The position numbers were made by a program, and so were the translations under genes. From positions 1 through 52,895 of IMG/VR virus record IMGVR_UViG_3300032050_000187: a DNA stretch of 52,895 nucleotides; one strand, 5' to 3'. Origin of the DNA: a virus. Lineage: Duplodnaviria > Caudoviricetes. Each line of letters opens with the position of its first letter. The first letter of the stretch is position 1. Below the pieces are notes generated by a model. That model saw only the letters and a program-made list of their open reading frames with translations. It searched no databases and had not been told where the DNA came from. Below are positions 17,800-26,177 of this stretch, in pieces.

Positions 17800-18024
17800 A
17801 TGCGTTCAACCCACTTCCCCCTGCTCAAAGATCGTGGCACCCTCACCCTGCCCACTGGTCGCTGGCTCATTCAAGACTACTTCCCCCAATATCCCAAGCG
17901 GGACTTCCGCATCACCACTGTGCAGAACCGAGACACCCTGCGCTCTATGTCCTTTGCGTCAGACGCCGCCTTCGAGTCCTGGCTTGAGGTCAACTGCCAA
18001 CCAGTGCAACTTCCCCTGCTGTGA
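17800..18024 (+). CDS. Early hypothetical protein (74 aa)
   Basis: SD AGGAG. Confidence 0.65.
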   Translation: MRSTHFPLLKDRGTLTLPTGRWLIQDYFPQYPKRDFRITTVQNRDTLRSMSFASDAAFESWLEVNCQPVQLPLL

Positions 18025-18028
18025 GAGC

Positions 18029-18055
18029 AACTTGCAGACGCAATGTCTGCAAGTT
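18029..18055. repeat. Palindrome AACTTGCAGAC-N5-GTCTGCAAGTT (family of four)
   Basis: 11-bp perfect arms; related copies at 17168-17184, 17513-17527 and 19190-19218. Confidence 0.85.
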
Positions 18056-18090
18056 TCTGTTAAATAGCAAAAAGTAATACTAAAAAGTTC

Positions 18091-18384
18091 GTATCACCTA
18101 TTTAACAACTTGGACACGAGCACAGACACCTCCAAACCCGCATGGATACTAGCGTCCGCCTTCCCGGTGGCTATATATCTATATTTTTATTTATATTTAT
18201 ATATAGGGGAGTGGGTATGTATGGGTTTGCCCCCGCTTCCAGCCTTTGTCTTTTGTTTTTGCGGGCTTTGCTTTTTGCGAATACCAAAAACAACAGATAC
18301 CTTGCCACCAAATGGGCTAAACCCTTGATGGCATTGGCTTTTTCGCTGTCTTTGCTCGTGTCCATTTTGTTTAATAGGTGATAC
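18091..18384. repeat. Long inverted repeats around AT-rich core; candidate replication origin
   Basis: 18091-18122 vs 18353-18384 match 29/32 as inverted repeat; nearly pure AT tract at 18171-18206. Confidence 0.7.
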
Positions 18385-18398
18385 TTCCGGATAGCACC

Positions 18399-18427
18399 TT
18401 ACAAAAACATGATAAATAGCGTATACT
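18399..18427 (+). promoter_or_regulatory. Sigma70-like promoter
   Basis: TTACAA-17-TATACT upstream of 18462. Confidence 0.55.
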
Positions 18428-18461
18428 TCAAGCCCCACTCACACACGAAAGGCCCACAGCC

Positions 18462-19190
18462 ATGTTTGAAAACAAAAACACCCGCCTTGTGCGACTACCC
18501 CCGCGCCTGTTGTTGGCCGAAGCCAACCGCCTGACCAAAGGGGTGCCGTACCTGCAAGGCACGCTATTTAACGCAGTAATGCAGAAGAAGAAACTGGCCC
18601 GCAGTCAACGCAACAAGAAGGCAGCACACGCCCGCTTGTGGAAACCCATCATCAACACCGCTAAATACGAGCGCCGAAATGTGCGCGTGATGCACGATTA
18701 CCAAGCCCGCTTGCCCGAACCGACCCCTCGCCTTGAAGCATTGGGTTTGTATCTGGTGGTACTGGATAAGGTAATCGAGCAACTCGAAGCGCACATTACC
18801 TTGGGGGAATACACGCCAGCGCAGTATGCAAAGGAACACAACCTGCCCAATGTGGGGGTGCACTGGTCTGACTGGGTGAAGGAATCCCACAAGCGCAACC
18901 TGACCGCAGTCTTTGCCGCACTCCCCCGAACAGGGCGCAAGAACAAGCACCCCTTTGCCCGCACAGTACCCAAGCCCATCTTCGAGAAGCAACACGCCCA
19001 ACTTGTCAAACGCACAACCAGCGACCTGGACAACGAGCGCAAGCGCTTGGCCGATGACCCGAACGACGGTAACTCATTCAAAAGAATAAAACAGATGATG
19101 CGGGTGCTGGCCGTGCTCAAAGATATGAAAGAACCCCAAGCCCTGCCCAACACATGGCATGGGCTGGCCCACCAGAAGGATGAGGAATAA
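18462..19190 (+). CDS. Basic hypothetical protein (242 aa)
   Basis: Long ORF with promoter and SD AAGG. Confidence 0.7.
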   Translation: MFENKNTRLVRLPPRLLLAEANRLTKGVPYLQGTLFNAVMQKKKLARSQRNKKAAHARLWKPIINTAKYERRNVRVMHDYQARLPEPTPRLEALGLYLVVLDKVIEQLEAHITLGEYTPAQYAKEHNLPNVGVHWSDWVKESHKRNLTAVFAALPRTGRKNKHPFARTVPKPIFEKQHAQLVKRTTSDLDNERKRLADDPNDGNSFKRIKQMMRVLAVLKDMKEPQALPNTWHGLAHQKDEE

Positions 19191-19218
19191 AACTTGCAGA
19201 CACGGTGTCTGCAAGTTT
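19190..19218. repeat. Palindrome AAACTTGCAGACA-CGG-TGTCTGCAAGTTT
   Basis: 13-bp perfect arms starting at the stop codon of the upstream gene. Confidence 0.85.
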
Positions 19219-19265
19219 CCGGTCTGCCGCCTGCCGACTCAGGCGGTACTTTAAGGAGAAGTGAG

Positions 19266-19502
19266 ATGAAGAACTATTGGTATTTGCGTATCGGCACCGA
19301 CACACTTGAGGAAGCCCAGCGCTTTTCTAAAAAGAGCGATGCGATTAACGCATACAAATGTGTGGCCAAAGAGTTGGCGTTTTATGGGCAGGCCATTGAC
19401 GCTTCGATTCACATTGCGCCCACTCGTGCCGAGGTCGTGGAGTATCCCGACTATGTGCTGTCGTTGAACGAAAACGGCAGAGTTGTAACTGAGCAAGCAT
19501 AA
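19266..19502 (+). CDS. Early hypothetical protein
   Basis: SD TAAGGAG, 78 aa. Confidence 0.7.
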   Translation: MKNYWYLRIGTDTLEEAQRFSKKSDAINAYKCVAKELAFYGQAIDASIHIAPTRAEVVEYPDYVLSLNENGRVVTEQA

Positions 19503-19513
19503 GGAGAAGAGAA

Positions 19514-19786
19514 ATGAAGATGCACAACATTTATTTTGTGGAAGTTACCGACACCTACGGAGGCGAAGCCAACTACTCGTGGGTCAAGCGGTTCAAAGTA
19601 CACGCCAACACCGAGCGAGGGGCCATGCGCAAGGTAGCCCGCCACATGGGGTATGGCGGCGGGACATCCCGAGACTGGGACACGGGCGACATAGCACGCT
19701 GGGTGTGGAAGCACGCCTGTGTCTGTGCGTTCGTGCAAGGGTACGAAGACCAAGCCGAGCACTTCATGTATGTCGAGTCAATTTAA
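19514..19786 (+). CDS. Early hypothetical protein (TDTYGGEANYSWV type)
   Basis: SD TAAGGAG; motif common in phage early regions. Confidence 0.7.
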   Translation: MKMHNIYFVEVTDTYGGEANYSWVKRFKVHANTERGAMRKVARHMGYGGGTSRDWDTGDIARWVWKHACVCAFVQGYEDQAEHFMYVESI

Positions 19787-19803
19787 ACCAAAGGAGAAAG
19801 CAA

Positions 19804-19947
19804 ATGAACGAAGTCAAAGCAACAACTGCCCAAGTGGTGTGGGAAATCCTCAACGCCGCACTGTATGACCTGACCAAAGGCAACCCAGCCGATGGCATCG
19901 CCGCCATTGAGGAAGCGATTCAACTGTTGGAAGGAGAAAGCAAATGA
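19804..19947 (+). CDS. Early hypothetical protein ending EGESK
   Basis: Flanked by AAGGAGAAAGCAAATGA repeats. Confidence 0.65.
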   Translation: MNEVKATTAQVVWEILNAALYDLTKGNPADGIAAIEEAIQLLEGESK

Positions 19948-20129
19948 ACCAAGGCACAAACGCCCCAACCAAACCCCAGTTCGAGGGGCAGATAGTCAAG
20001 TTCAAGTCACCCCATGCAGATGTGGTGCTGTACGACATAGCCAAGCGCAACGCCAAGTATGGCCACCTTGAGTGGTGGGCGCTGAACGACCCAACGAGTG
20101 AGCAGATAACCAAAGGAGAGCAAGCATGA
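19944..20129 (+). CDS. Early hypothetical protein
   Basis: ATGA-coupled, strong SD. Confidence 0.65.
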   Translation: MNQGTNAPTKPQFEGQIVKFKSPHADVVLYDIAKRNAKYGHLEWWALNDPTSEQITKGEQA

Positions 20130-20260
20130 CTGCAATGGAACTGTACGAACTGCTGAACAAAGCAGAGATTGATTACGAAATCATTGAGATATTCGAGGGT
20201 GCGCGGTTCATCCGCATCGAGGTAGAGGAAGAAGACACAACCGAAGGAGAAAGCAAATGA
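20126..20260 (+). CDS. Acidic 44-aa early protein ending EGESK (not in ORF track)
   Basis: MTAMELYELLNKAEIDYEIIEIFEGARFIRIEVEEEDTTEGESK; ATGA overlap at both ends. Confidence 0.65.
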   Translation: MTAMELYELLNKAEIDYEIIEIFEGARFIRIEVEEEDTTEGESK

Positions 20261-20532
20261 GTGCAATAGACCTGGACTACGCCATGCTGCACAAGGCAGC
20301 GCAACAGATGGAGAAGGAAGGCGGCAGCTTCGCCAAGCACATAGCACAAGCGTTCTATGTGGCAGACAGCACCAACATGGAGACGCTAGTGCGTGCGTTC
20401 GACAGCCTGTTCAGTGAGTACTACCGCAAGTACCGCAGAGCACAAATCATAAGCATCAGGGAAGACTACGAGAACGCATGCGACCGCCCGTACACAAGAG
20501 GAATGTTTACAAACGAAGGAGAAAGCAAATGA
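20257..20532 (+). CDS. Early hypothetical protein ending EGESK
   Basis: GGSFAKHIAQAFYVADSTN motif; coupled. Confidence 0.7.
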   Translation: MSAIDLDYAMLHKAAQQMEKEGGSFAKHIAQAFYVADSTNMETLVRAFDSLFSEYYRKYRRAQIISIREDYENACDRPYTRGMFTNEGESK

Positions 20533-20756
20533 GAGAACCACAACAACACTTCTACGCATCCAGCGTATCGCAGTGGGCAACGACCAACGACAAGCGCGAC
20601 CTGCGCCAGTTGTTGAGACTCATGGACAAGGACGGGTATCCCTACAACCTGTTCCTCGTGCCGCTGGATCACACCGCCAGCTACGACATCAAGATGTACC
20701 AACCCCAAGTCGAGGGCACACAGTGGCTTGGCTTTTTTGAACCAAAGGAGAAGTGA
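20529..20756 (+). CDS. Early hypothetical protein
   Basis: ATGA-coupled; YDIKMYQPQV motif. Confidence 0.65.
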   Translation: MREPQQHFYASSVSQWATTNDKRDLRQLLRLMDKDGYPYNLFLVPLDHTASYDIKMYQPQVEGTQWLGFFEPKEK

Positions 20757-20757
20757 G

Positions 20758-21018
20758 ATGAAACATCAATGGAACACAGGCAGACAGTACGACGAGCACG
20801 GCCAACGCATGGTGGCCGAGGTACACAAGGAAACCCTAACGAACGACCCGCGCATTTACTTCAGCGACCTGTCACGCCACATCAATGGCTATGTACCGCT
20901 GGGTATGTGGGCACAGACAGGGGACAAGTACGCCATCGAGACGCTGGTCATGACCAACTATGACTTTGGCAACTACTCACCGAGCAACATAACTCTTGAA
21001 TGGAAGGAAACGAAATGA
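20758..21018 (+). CDS. Early hypothetical protein
   Basis: SD AAGGAG; WNTGRQY...GQRM motif. Confidence 0.65.
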   Translation: MKHQWNTGRQYDEHGQRMVAEVHKETLTNDPRIYFSDLSRHINGYVPLGMWAQTGDKYAIETLVMTNYDFGNYSPSNITLEWKETK

Positions 21019-21326
21019 AGATCAAGACAAGTGAATTAACAGGAGCCGCCCTTGATTGGGCGGTGGCAAAGTGTGAAGGCAACGAAATATCTATTCCTAA
21101 AGGATACCTTTGGATTCCAACAGAATGCTATGCAACCTATTGGCAACAAGGTGGCCCCATCATTGAGCGTGAGGGGATTGCCCTCTATCTGTACGGCGGC
21201 TCCGAATGGAATGCCCATGTTGGCGGTCGTGAGTCGGTCGGCCCCACACCATTAATCGCCGCTATGCGGTGCTATGTGGCGGCTAAGTGGAACCATGAGG
21301 TAGAGATACCAGAGGAGTTGAAATGA
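21015..21326 (+). CDS. DUF2591/NinX-like phage protein
   Basis: SELTGAALDWAVAKCEG...WQQGGPIIEREGI...GPTPLIAAMRCYVA. Confidence 0.75.
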   Translation: MKIKTSELTGAALDWAVAKCEGNEISIPKGYLWIPTECYATYWQQGGPIIEREGIALYLYGGSEWNAHVGGRESVGPTPLIAAMRCYVAAKWNHEVEIPEELK

Positions 21327-21526
21327 ACGGACTTGACGCATACCACGATGCCCTGCTCGACAGGCATCTAGACCGACTCGACACAGAGGACACACGCTCT
21401 GCACTGGCTGACGCTGAACGCGAACGACTGCTCGACTTGGTTATCCAAGCGCAGGTTGCACTGTCGAGGGACGACAAGGAGATTGCCATGTGCATCTTGA
21501 ATGAAATCGAAAAGGAACTGGAATAA
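21323..21526 (+). CDS. Acidic hypothetical protein
   Basis: 67 aa, SD AGGAG, ATGA-coupled. Confidence 0.6.
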   Translation: MNGLDAYHDALLDRHLDRLDTEDTRSALADAERERLLDLVIQAQVALSRDDKEIAMCILNEIEKELE

Positions 21527-21595
21527 ACACGAGTATGGGTTAGCGGTGTGCCCTCTCACACCGCGCTTTCAATTAGTAAAAACTGGAGAAGCAAA

Positions 21596-22930
21596 ATGAA
21601 ATTATTGTTTAGCACATTCATGATGGCCGCTGATGTTGTGTACTGCCACCGCGCATGGTTCAGGCGTGAGACCCGCAAGTACAAACTGCACCCTGTTGTT
21701 GAGGCCGCGCTCGATGTGTGCCGCCCTGATGACTGGCATCAGTTGTTGCTTGAGTGGCCGCACATATCCGAGGGTGACCCATCCCGCTTGGCATACACAC
21801 GAGACGAGCGTGCAGGCGAGGCCGACAGACAGACTGTCACGACCATCGGCAAGTATCTGTTCAGGCACTTCAGCGATATGCCCGACCACAAGATGCGTGA
21901 CTTGGCCGCGCTGTATGGCTCCAATGGCGAGTGCAGGTTCGTGCACACCATGGCTGAGATGCTGCACCACTTGAAGCGTGGGCCGTCATCTTGTATGACT
22001 GGCGACAGGGACTACCACTGTGTCGATGGCGTGTTGCGCCATGCCTATGAGGTGTATGACCCGAGCCTTGGCTGGCACATGGCCGTGCGCTTGGAGTTCG
22101 GCAAGACTGTGGGTCGTGCGCTGTGCTGTGGCAAGACCTATGTGCGCTCTTACAAGTACAACCCGAATGGAGGTGGCTCACCCACTGACGAGACGCTTGA
22201 AGCGTGGCTTGAGCAGCAGGGGTACGACAAGGAGTGCACATGGGGTGGCTTGAAGATCATGCACTACGAGACACGATGCGGCGACACACTGGCACCCTTC
22301 ATTGACGGCGAGGACAAGTACGCTACCAAGAAGGGCGACTACTTGGTCATCACGGATGACAGCGATGCCGAGTATCAGTGCGACAACACAGGCGGCACAG
22401 CCAGTGAGAACCGAGGCACACCATGCGAGGACTGCGGCGACCGCGTGGACGATGGCGATGGGTACTGGGTCGGCCCACACGAGGAGACGATGGTGTGCCA
22501 GAGTTGTTGCAACCACCACTACACATATGCGTACAGCAGGCGCAGGCATCAGGCGTACATCGGCAATGACTTTGTGGTGTATGTCGAGTCGCAAGACCAG
22601 CACTATGACGAGGACTATCTCGACGACAACGACATCGTGTTGCTTGAGAACGGCGACTACGAGCACACCGACAACGCTGTGGAGATTGACGGCGAGTGGT
22701 TCCACATCGAGGACGAGAACATTGTCTGTGACCACAACGGCGACTACCAACTGCTCAACAACTGCGTGAAGTTGGAGGACGGCGAGTACGCCCTGGCCGA
22801 GGAGGCGTGGCTGTGCGCCGGGTCTGCCGACTGGTACCTGAGCGATGATGTTGACCCTGTGGTTGTGGATGGCGAGACCTATCATCCCGACTATGCACCC
22901 GAGCAAGAAACCGAAGAAGAAGGAGAATGA
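21596..22930 (+). CDS. Cys-rich, highly acidic hypothetical protein coupled to M28 peptidase
   Basis: 444 aa; SSCM...GRAL...YVRSY...APFID core, CEDC and CQSC pairs, Asp/Glu-rich repeat tail. Confidence 0.75.
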   Translation: MKLLFSTFMMAADVVYCHRAWFRRETRKYKLHPVVEAALDVCRPDDWHQLLLEWPHISEGDPSRLAYTRDERAGEADRQTVTTIGKYLFRHFSDMPDHKMRDLAALYGSNGECRFVHTMAEMLHHLKRGPSSCMTGDRDYHCVDGVLRHAYEVYDPSLGWHMAVRLEFGKTVGRALCCGKTYVRSYKYNPNGGGSPTDETLEAWLEQQGYDKECTWGGLKIMHYETRCGDTLAPFIDGEDKYATKKGDYLVITDDSDAEYQCDNTGGTASENRGTPCEDCGDRVDDGDGYWVGPHEETMVCQSCCNHHYTYAYSRRRHQAYIGNDFVVYVESQDQHYDEDYLDDNDIVLLENGDYEHTDNAVEIDGEWFHIEDENIVCDHNGDYQLLNNCVKLEDGEYALAEEAWLCAGSADWYLSDDVDPVVVDGETYHPDYAPEQETEEEGE

Positions 22931-24024
22931 GTATGAACAAGAAATCAATTCTGTATAAGACCCTGGCCCGTGCGTTGTCGCTCAAGCGTCCGCATGGTGG
23001 CGCGACTGTGGCGGGCTTCACGCAGTGGCTGGTCTCTCGCCTGCCTGACTTGGCCGAGGTGTTCACCGATGCTGCTGGCAATGTGCACATTGATATGCGT
23101 AGTAGTGACGACCACCGCACGCTGTTCGTGGCCCATGTGGACACTGTGCACAAGGACGAGGGAGCCAACAAGTTCCGCAAGACACAGTACAAGTGGTACG
23201 CGGATGGCTCTCAGCTTGGCGCGGATGATGGTGCGGGTTGTGCGATGCTCATGCACCTGATGCACAGCGGTGTGCCTGGGTATTACATCTTCACGCAAGG
23301 CGAGGAGCGTGGGGGTATCGGTGCCAAGCACATATCCAAAACATACGCAAACCTACTCAGTCAGTTCCAGCGTGCCATTGCGTTCGACCGCAGGGGCGTG
23401 GATAGCGTCATCACGCACCAAGGCTGGGGTCGCTGCTGTTCGGATGTGTTCGGCCTTGCCCTGGCTGATGCGCTCAATGTCGATGAGCGCTTGATGTACA
23501 TGCCTGACGACACCGGGGTGTATACCGACACTGCCGAGTTCACCGACATCATCCCCGAGTGCACCAACATCAGCGTGGGCTATGACTTCGAGCACAGCGA
23601 CCGCGAGGAGCTTGATGTGTTTCACTTCAACCTGTTGGCCCAGCGTTGCGCGTTGATCGACTGGGACGGCCTGCCCTCTGAGCGTGACCCCACTGTGCCT
23701 GACCTCAAGGACATCCACGACACAGGCTGGAGCAAGGGCTGGTGGACCCAGTACGACAAGGAGATGGACAAGTACGACTACGCTGACATGGTGGCTGACA
23801 GCTTCAGTGAGGCCATCGAGGAGGCGCGTGCTGGGTACCCTGAGTACCTGCTTGACCTGATCGCCGAGGCGGCGTACCCCGAGGATGTTGACTTGGCCTT
23901 GCGGTTCCTCGACAAGCGGCGTGTGACCAAGGACTTGGTGGACGAGATAGACCGCATGGCCAAAGCATACGACCCCGACACGGCCTTGCTCAATGCGTTC
24001 GATGCCCTGTACGCAGAGGCTTGA
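22927..24024 (+). CDS. Zn-dependent peptidase, M28/M20-like family
   Basis: AHVDTVH, LGADDGAG, QGEERG, AFDRR, NISVGY..EH ligand set. Confidence 0.85.
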   Translation: MSMNKKSILYKTLARALSLKRPHGGATVAGFTQWLVSRLPDLAEVFTDAAGNVHIDMRSSDDHRTLFVAHVDTVHKDEGANKFRKTQYKWYADGSQLGADDGAGCAMLMHLMHSGVPGYYIFTQGEERGGIGAKHISKTYANLLSQFQRAIAFDRRGVDSVITHQGWGRCCSDVFGLALADALNVDERLMYMPDDTGVYTDTAEFTDIIPECTNISVGYDFEHSDREELDVFHFNLLAQRCALIDWDGLPSERDPTVPDLKDIHDTGWSKGWWTQYDKEMDKYDYADMVADSFSEAIEEARAGYPEYLLDLIAEAAYPEDVDLALRFLDKRRVTKDLVDEIDRMAKAYDPDTALLNAFDALYAEA

Positions 24025-24075
24025 CGGGTGTCATCCCCCCTCCCCGGGGGGACTACTATAAACAAAGGAACATTC

Positions 24076-24219
24076 ATGTTTGAAGAACTTTATTGCGTGT
24101 ACTGCTTGACCCCCAAGGGGGACAGCTTCTCTTGTTGCCAAGAGAACCATTTCGTGCCGTTCGATGATCTTTATCCCGAAGATCAGGCGGCTTTACTAGA
24201 GGAGATGAAAGATGAATGA
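24076..24219 (+). CDS. Small Cys-rich protein
   Basis: YCVYC...SCCQENHF; SD AAGGA. Confidence 0.6.
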   Translation: MFEELYCVYCLTPKGDSFSCCQENHFVPFDDLYPEDQAALLEEMKDE

Positions 24220-24514
24220 CAAGACCTACAACGGCTGGACGAACTACGCCACATGGCGTGTGAACCTGGAGATATTCGATGACGCGGACAAAGCCGAACT
24301 GTTCGATCTATCCTTGCCTGTTGAACAACTGCGCCATGTGCTGCAAGATTATGTGGAGGGGCACATCTACGAGGCAGGCGGGGGCGAAGGCAATATTGCT
24401 GTGGACTACGCGTTGGCATTTCTGTCGGATGTGAACTGGTACGAGATCGCCAAGCACATGATTGACGATGCAAAGGCAAAGGCCGAAGCACCCACTAACT
24501 TGTCCAACACTTGA
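24212..24514 (+). CDS. Conserved phage early protein (YNGWTNYATW type)
   Basis: YNGWTNYATWRVNLEI...VNWYEIAKH. Confidence 0.75.
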   Translation: MNDKTYNGWTNYATWRVNLEIFDDADKAELFDLSLPVEQLRHVLQDYVEGHIYEAGGGEGNIAVDYALAFLSDVNWYEIAKHMIDDAKAKAEAPTNLSNT

Positions 24515-24539
24515 CAGAAGTTTAATTGCGAGGTACATT
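24501..24539 (+). promoter_or_regulatory. Sigma70 promoter with TGTC-N8-GACA operator over the -35
   Basis: TTGACA(24511)-17-TACATT(24534); TGTCCAACACTTGACA at 24501-24516. Confidence 0.75.
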
Positions 24540-24561
24540 TTCAAAAAACGGAGAAGCACAA

Positions 24562-24780
24562 ATGCACTACCACACACCGCCCTACGACACGGGCAAAGTA
24601 AAGATCGGTCTGCTGTACAACGGCAGGCCCAGCACCATGACGCGAGACGAAGAGCTTATCCAGGCTGCACTGCTTGGCATACGCCCTGATTGGTGCTACT
24701 TCATCGAGAGCGCATTGATCTATGTCGCTGTCGTATTCACCCTTTTATCCGCCATCTTTTTTCTGTTAGCCAAGGACTAA
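24562..24780 (+). CDS. Small membrane protein
   Basis: PYDTGKVKIG N-terminus, C-terminal hydrophobic helix. Confidence 0.65.
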   Translation: MHYHTPPYDTGKVKIGLLYNGRPSTMTRDEELIQAALLGIRPDWCYFIESALIYVAVVFTLLSAIFFLLAKD

Positions 24781-24782
24781 AA

Positions 24783-25436
24783 ATGCCCGACTTACAAACC
24801 GCACTCACCACTGCAATCAAGCACCAAGTTTTAACAACAACCATCAACGAATGGGACAAAGAGGAGCAGCAGACCATGCAAGCACAAACACAACCACAGA
24901 TACAACCCATGCAAACACAAACTCAGATCAACGGCAACAGCAAACTCACCCTCACGGGCAACCTATCCAAAGACATCTTCGTCTACATCAGAGACAACCC
25001 TGGCTGCTTACGCGCCGATGTACGAAAGGTGTTTATGGCGGCGGGTTTTAAGGAGGCTTCAATAGGCTCTCTTGTTTCGCAGATGGTGCGCAACAAAATG
25101 GTGAGCATCAACGAGGTAGGCAACCTCGAAGCAAAACGCGTTTACTACAAGCCCCTGATTAGCGGGGCCAAGAGAAAAGAGATGAACAAAAAGCTGGGCA
25201 TAGCACGCGACAAGCCCGCATCAAAGCCCGCAAAGCCCAAGGCGCAAGGCATAGCCGCGCTGGCTCCCGAGCCTACCCAGAGTGCAGACAAAGGCCAGGA
25301 AGCGCTGGATAAGGTGCTGGCCAAGCCTGTGCGTGAAGCGCGTGCTGTCTACGATGCGATGTGCATACTGCGTGACCTGGATGTGGGCGAGGCGCGGTAT
25401 GTGTACGCCGAGTTGCACAAACTGTTCGGAGGTTGA
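24783..25436 (+). CDS. Hypothetical protein, possible winged-helix DNA-binding domain
   Basis: IFVYIRDNPG...SIGSLVSQMVRNKMV pattern, basic linker. Confidence 0.6.
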   Translation: MPDLQTALTTAIKHQVLTTTINEWDKEEQQTMQAQTQPQIQPMQTQTQINGNSKLTLTGNLSKDIFVYIRDNPGCLRADVRKVFMAAGFKEASIGSLVSQMVRNKMVSINEVGNLEAKRVYYKPLISGAKRKEMNKKLGIARDKPASKPAKPKAQGIAALAPEPTQSADKGQEALDKVLAKPVREARAVYDAMCILRDLDVGEARYVYAELHKLFGG

Positions 25437-25559
25437 ATGGAAACAGTACTGACCACGATTATTTTGGGCGGCATAGGGTTCATTGTCTGCGGCCTTGTGC
25501 TGGTAGCACTGATGCGCTTGTGGTTCTGGATGGATGAAAACGAGAGGGGGGATAGATGA
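25437..25559 (+). CDS. 40-aa single-pass membrane protein (not in ORF track)
   Basis: METVLTTIILGGIGFIVCGLVLVALMRLWFWMDENERGDR; SD GGAGG. Confidence 0.6.
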   Translation: METVLTTIILGGIGFIVCGLVLVALMRLWFWMDENERGDR

Positions 25560-25717
25560 TTTGGAAAGTGCCGTATATAACACCATTTTTCCGCGCACTG
25601 TTTAACGGCACAACAAAGGCGCAAGAAATCAACATAGACCGAGGCGCACCAGATGAATACTGGGCGTGTGTTGGAGTAGACAAAACAAAACTGCCTTGGC
25701 TGAAGGAGAAAGCATGA
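25556..25717 (+). CDS. 53-aa hypothetical protein (not in ORF track)
   Basis: ATGA overlap at both ends. Confidence 0.55.
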   Translation: MIWKVPYITPFFRALFNGTTKAQEINIDRGAPDEYWACVGVDKTKLPWLKEKA

Positions 25718-25911
25718 TTTGGAAAAAGTTTTGCTATTGGTTGTATGTCAAGTCAGGTCTACGCAAACGAGATGAGGACAACTGGTGGAAAGGCGCTTGC
25801 CATGCACACAGCGTTCACGCGCTACATGCAAGGATTCAGTGGACTATGAAGATGCGCCCTGAGTGGACATGGGAACAGGCAAGAGAACGTGTAACAAATC
25901 CAAAGTGGTAG
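25714..25911 (+). CDS. Trp-rich hypothetical protein
   Basis: SD AAGGAG, coupled. Confidence 0.55.
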   Translation: MIWKKFCYWLYVKSGLRKRDEDNWWKGACHAHSVHALHARIQWTMKMRPEWTWEQARERVTNPKW

Positions 25912-25919
25912 GAGAGAAC

Positions 25920-26177
25920 ATGAAAGACCCGGAAGACGAAGCATTTGAGCAGTTGGCCTTGAAGCAGGGCCAATGGGAACACACCAGCGGCAACCGCAAA
26001 CGCCAGATCATGCGCCAGATTGAGCAGGATTTTGCCGACATTGATGATGCAAACAACCGCAAGCGCAATCACACTTTGGAAGAGGTGGCTGTGGAGTTGG
26101 AGACAAAGTTCACTTTGCCATTTGGCCGTGACACGATGCAGAGTTTTACAGCATTTATAAGGAGTATGAAGCGATGA
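25920..26177 (+). CDS. Hypothetical protein
   Basis: SD AGGAG; RNHTLEEVA...FGRDTMQSF..FIRSMK. Confidence 0.65.
   Translation: MKDPEDEAFEQLALKQGQWEHTSGNRKRQIMRQIEQDFADIDDANNRKRNHTLEEVAVELETKFTLPFGRDTMQSFTAFIRSMKR

Noticed and set aside
18091-18384. Invertible segment or MITE
   Set aside because: No recombinase or transposase in the window and no target-site duplication noticed; the AT core fits an origin better.
18110-18438. Short ORFs across the AT-rich intergenic region, and the many antisense/alternate-frame ORFs elsewhere in the track
   Set aside because: No SD, low-complexity translation, or fully shadowed by well-supported genes on the other strand.
19791-20532. Regularly recurring 17-bp repeat as a CRISPR-like array
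   Set aside because: Intervals are 140-313 bp and contain whole ORFs; the repeat is SD plus start codon; the only Cas-like gene is a stand-alone Cas4-type nuclease.
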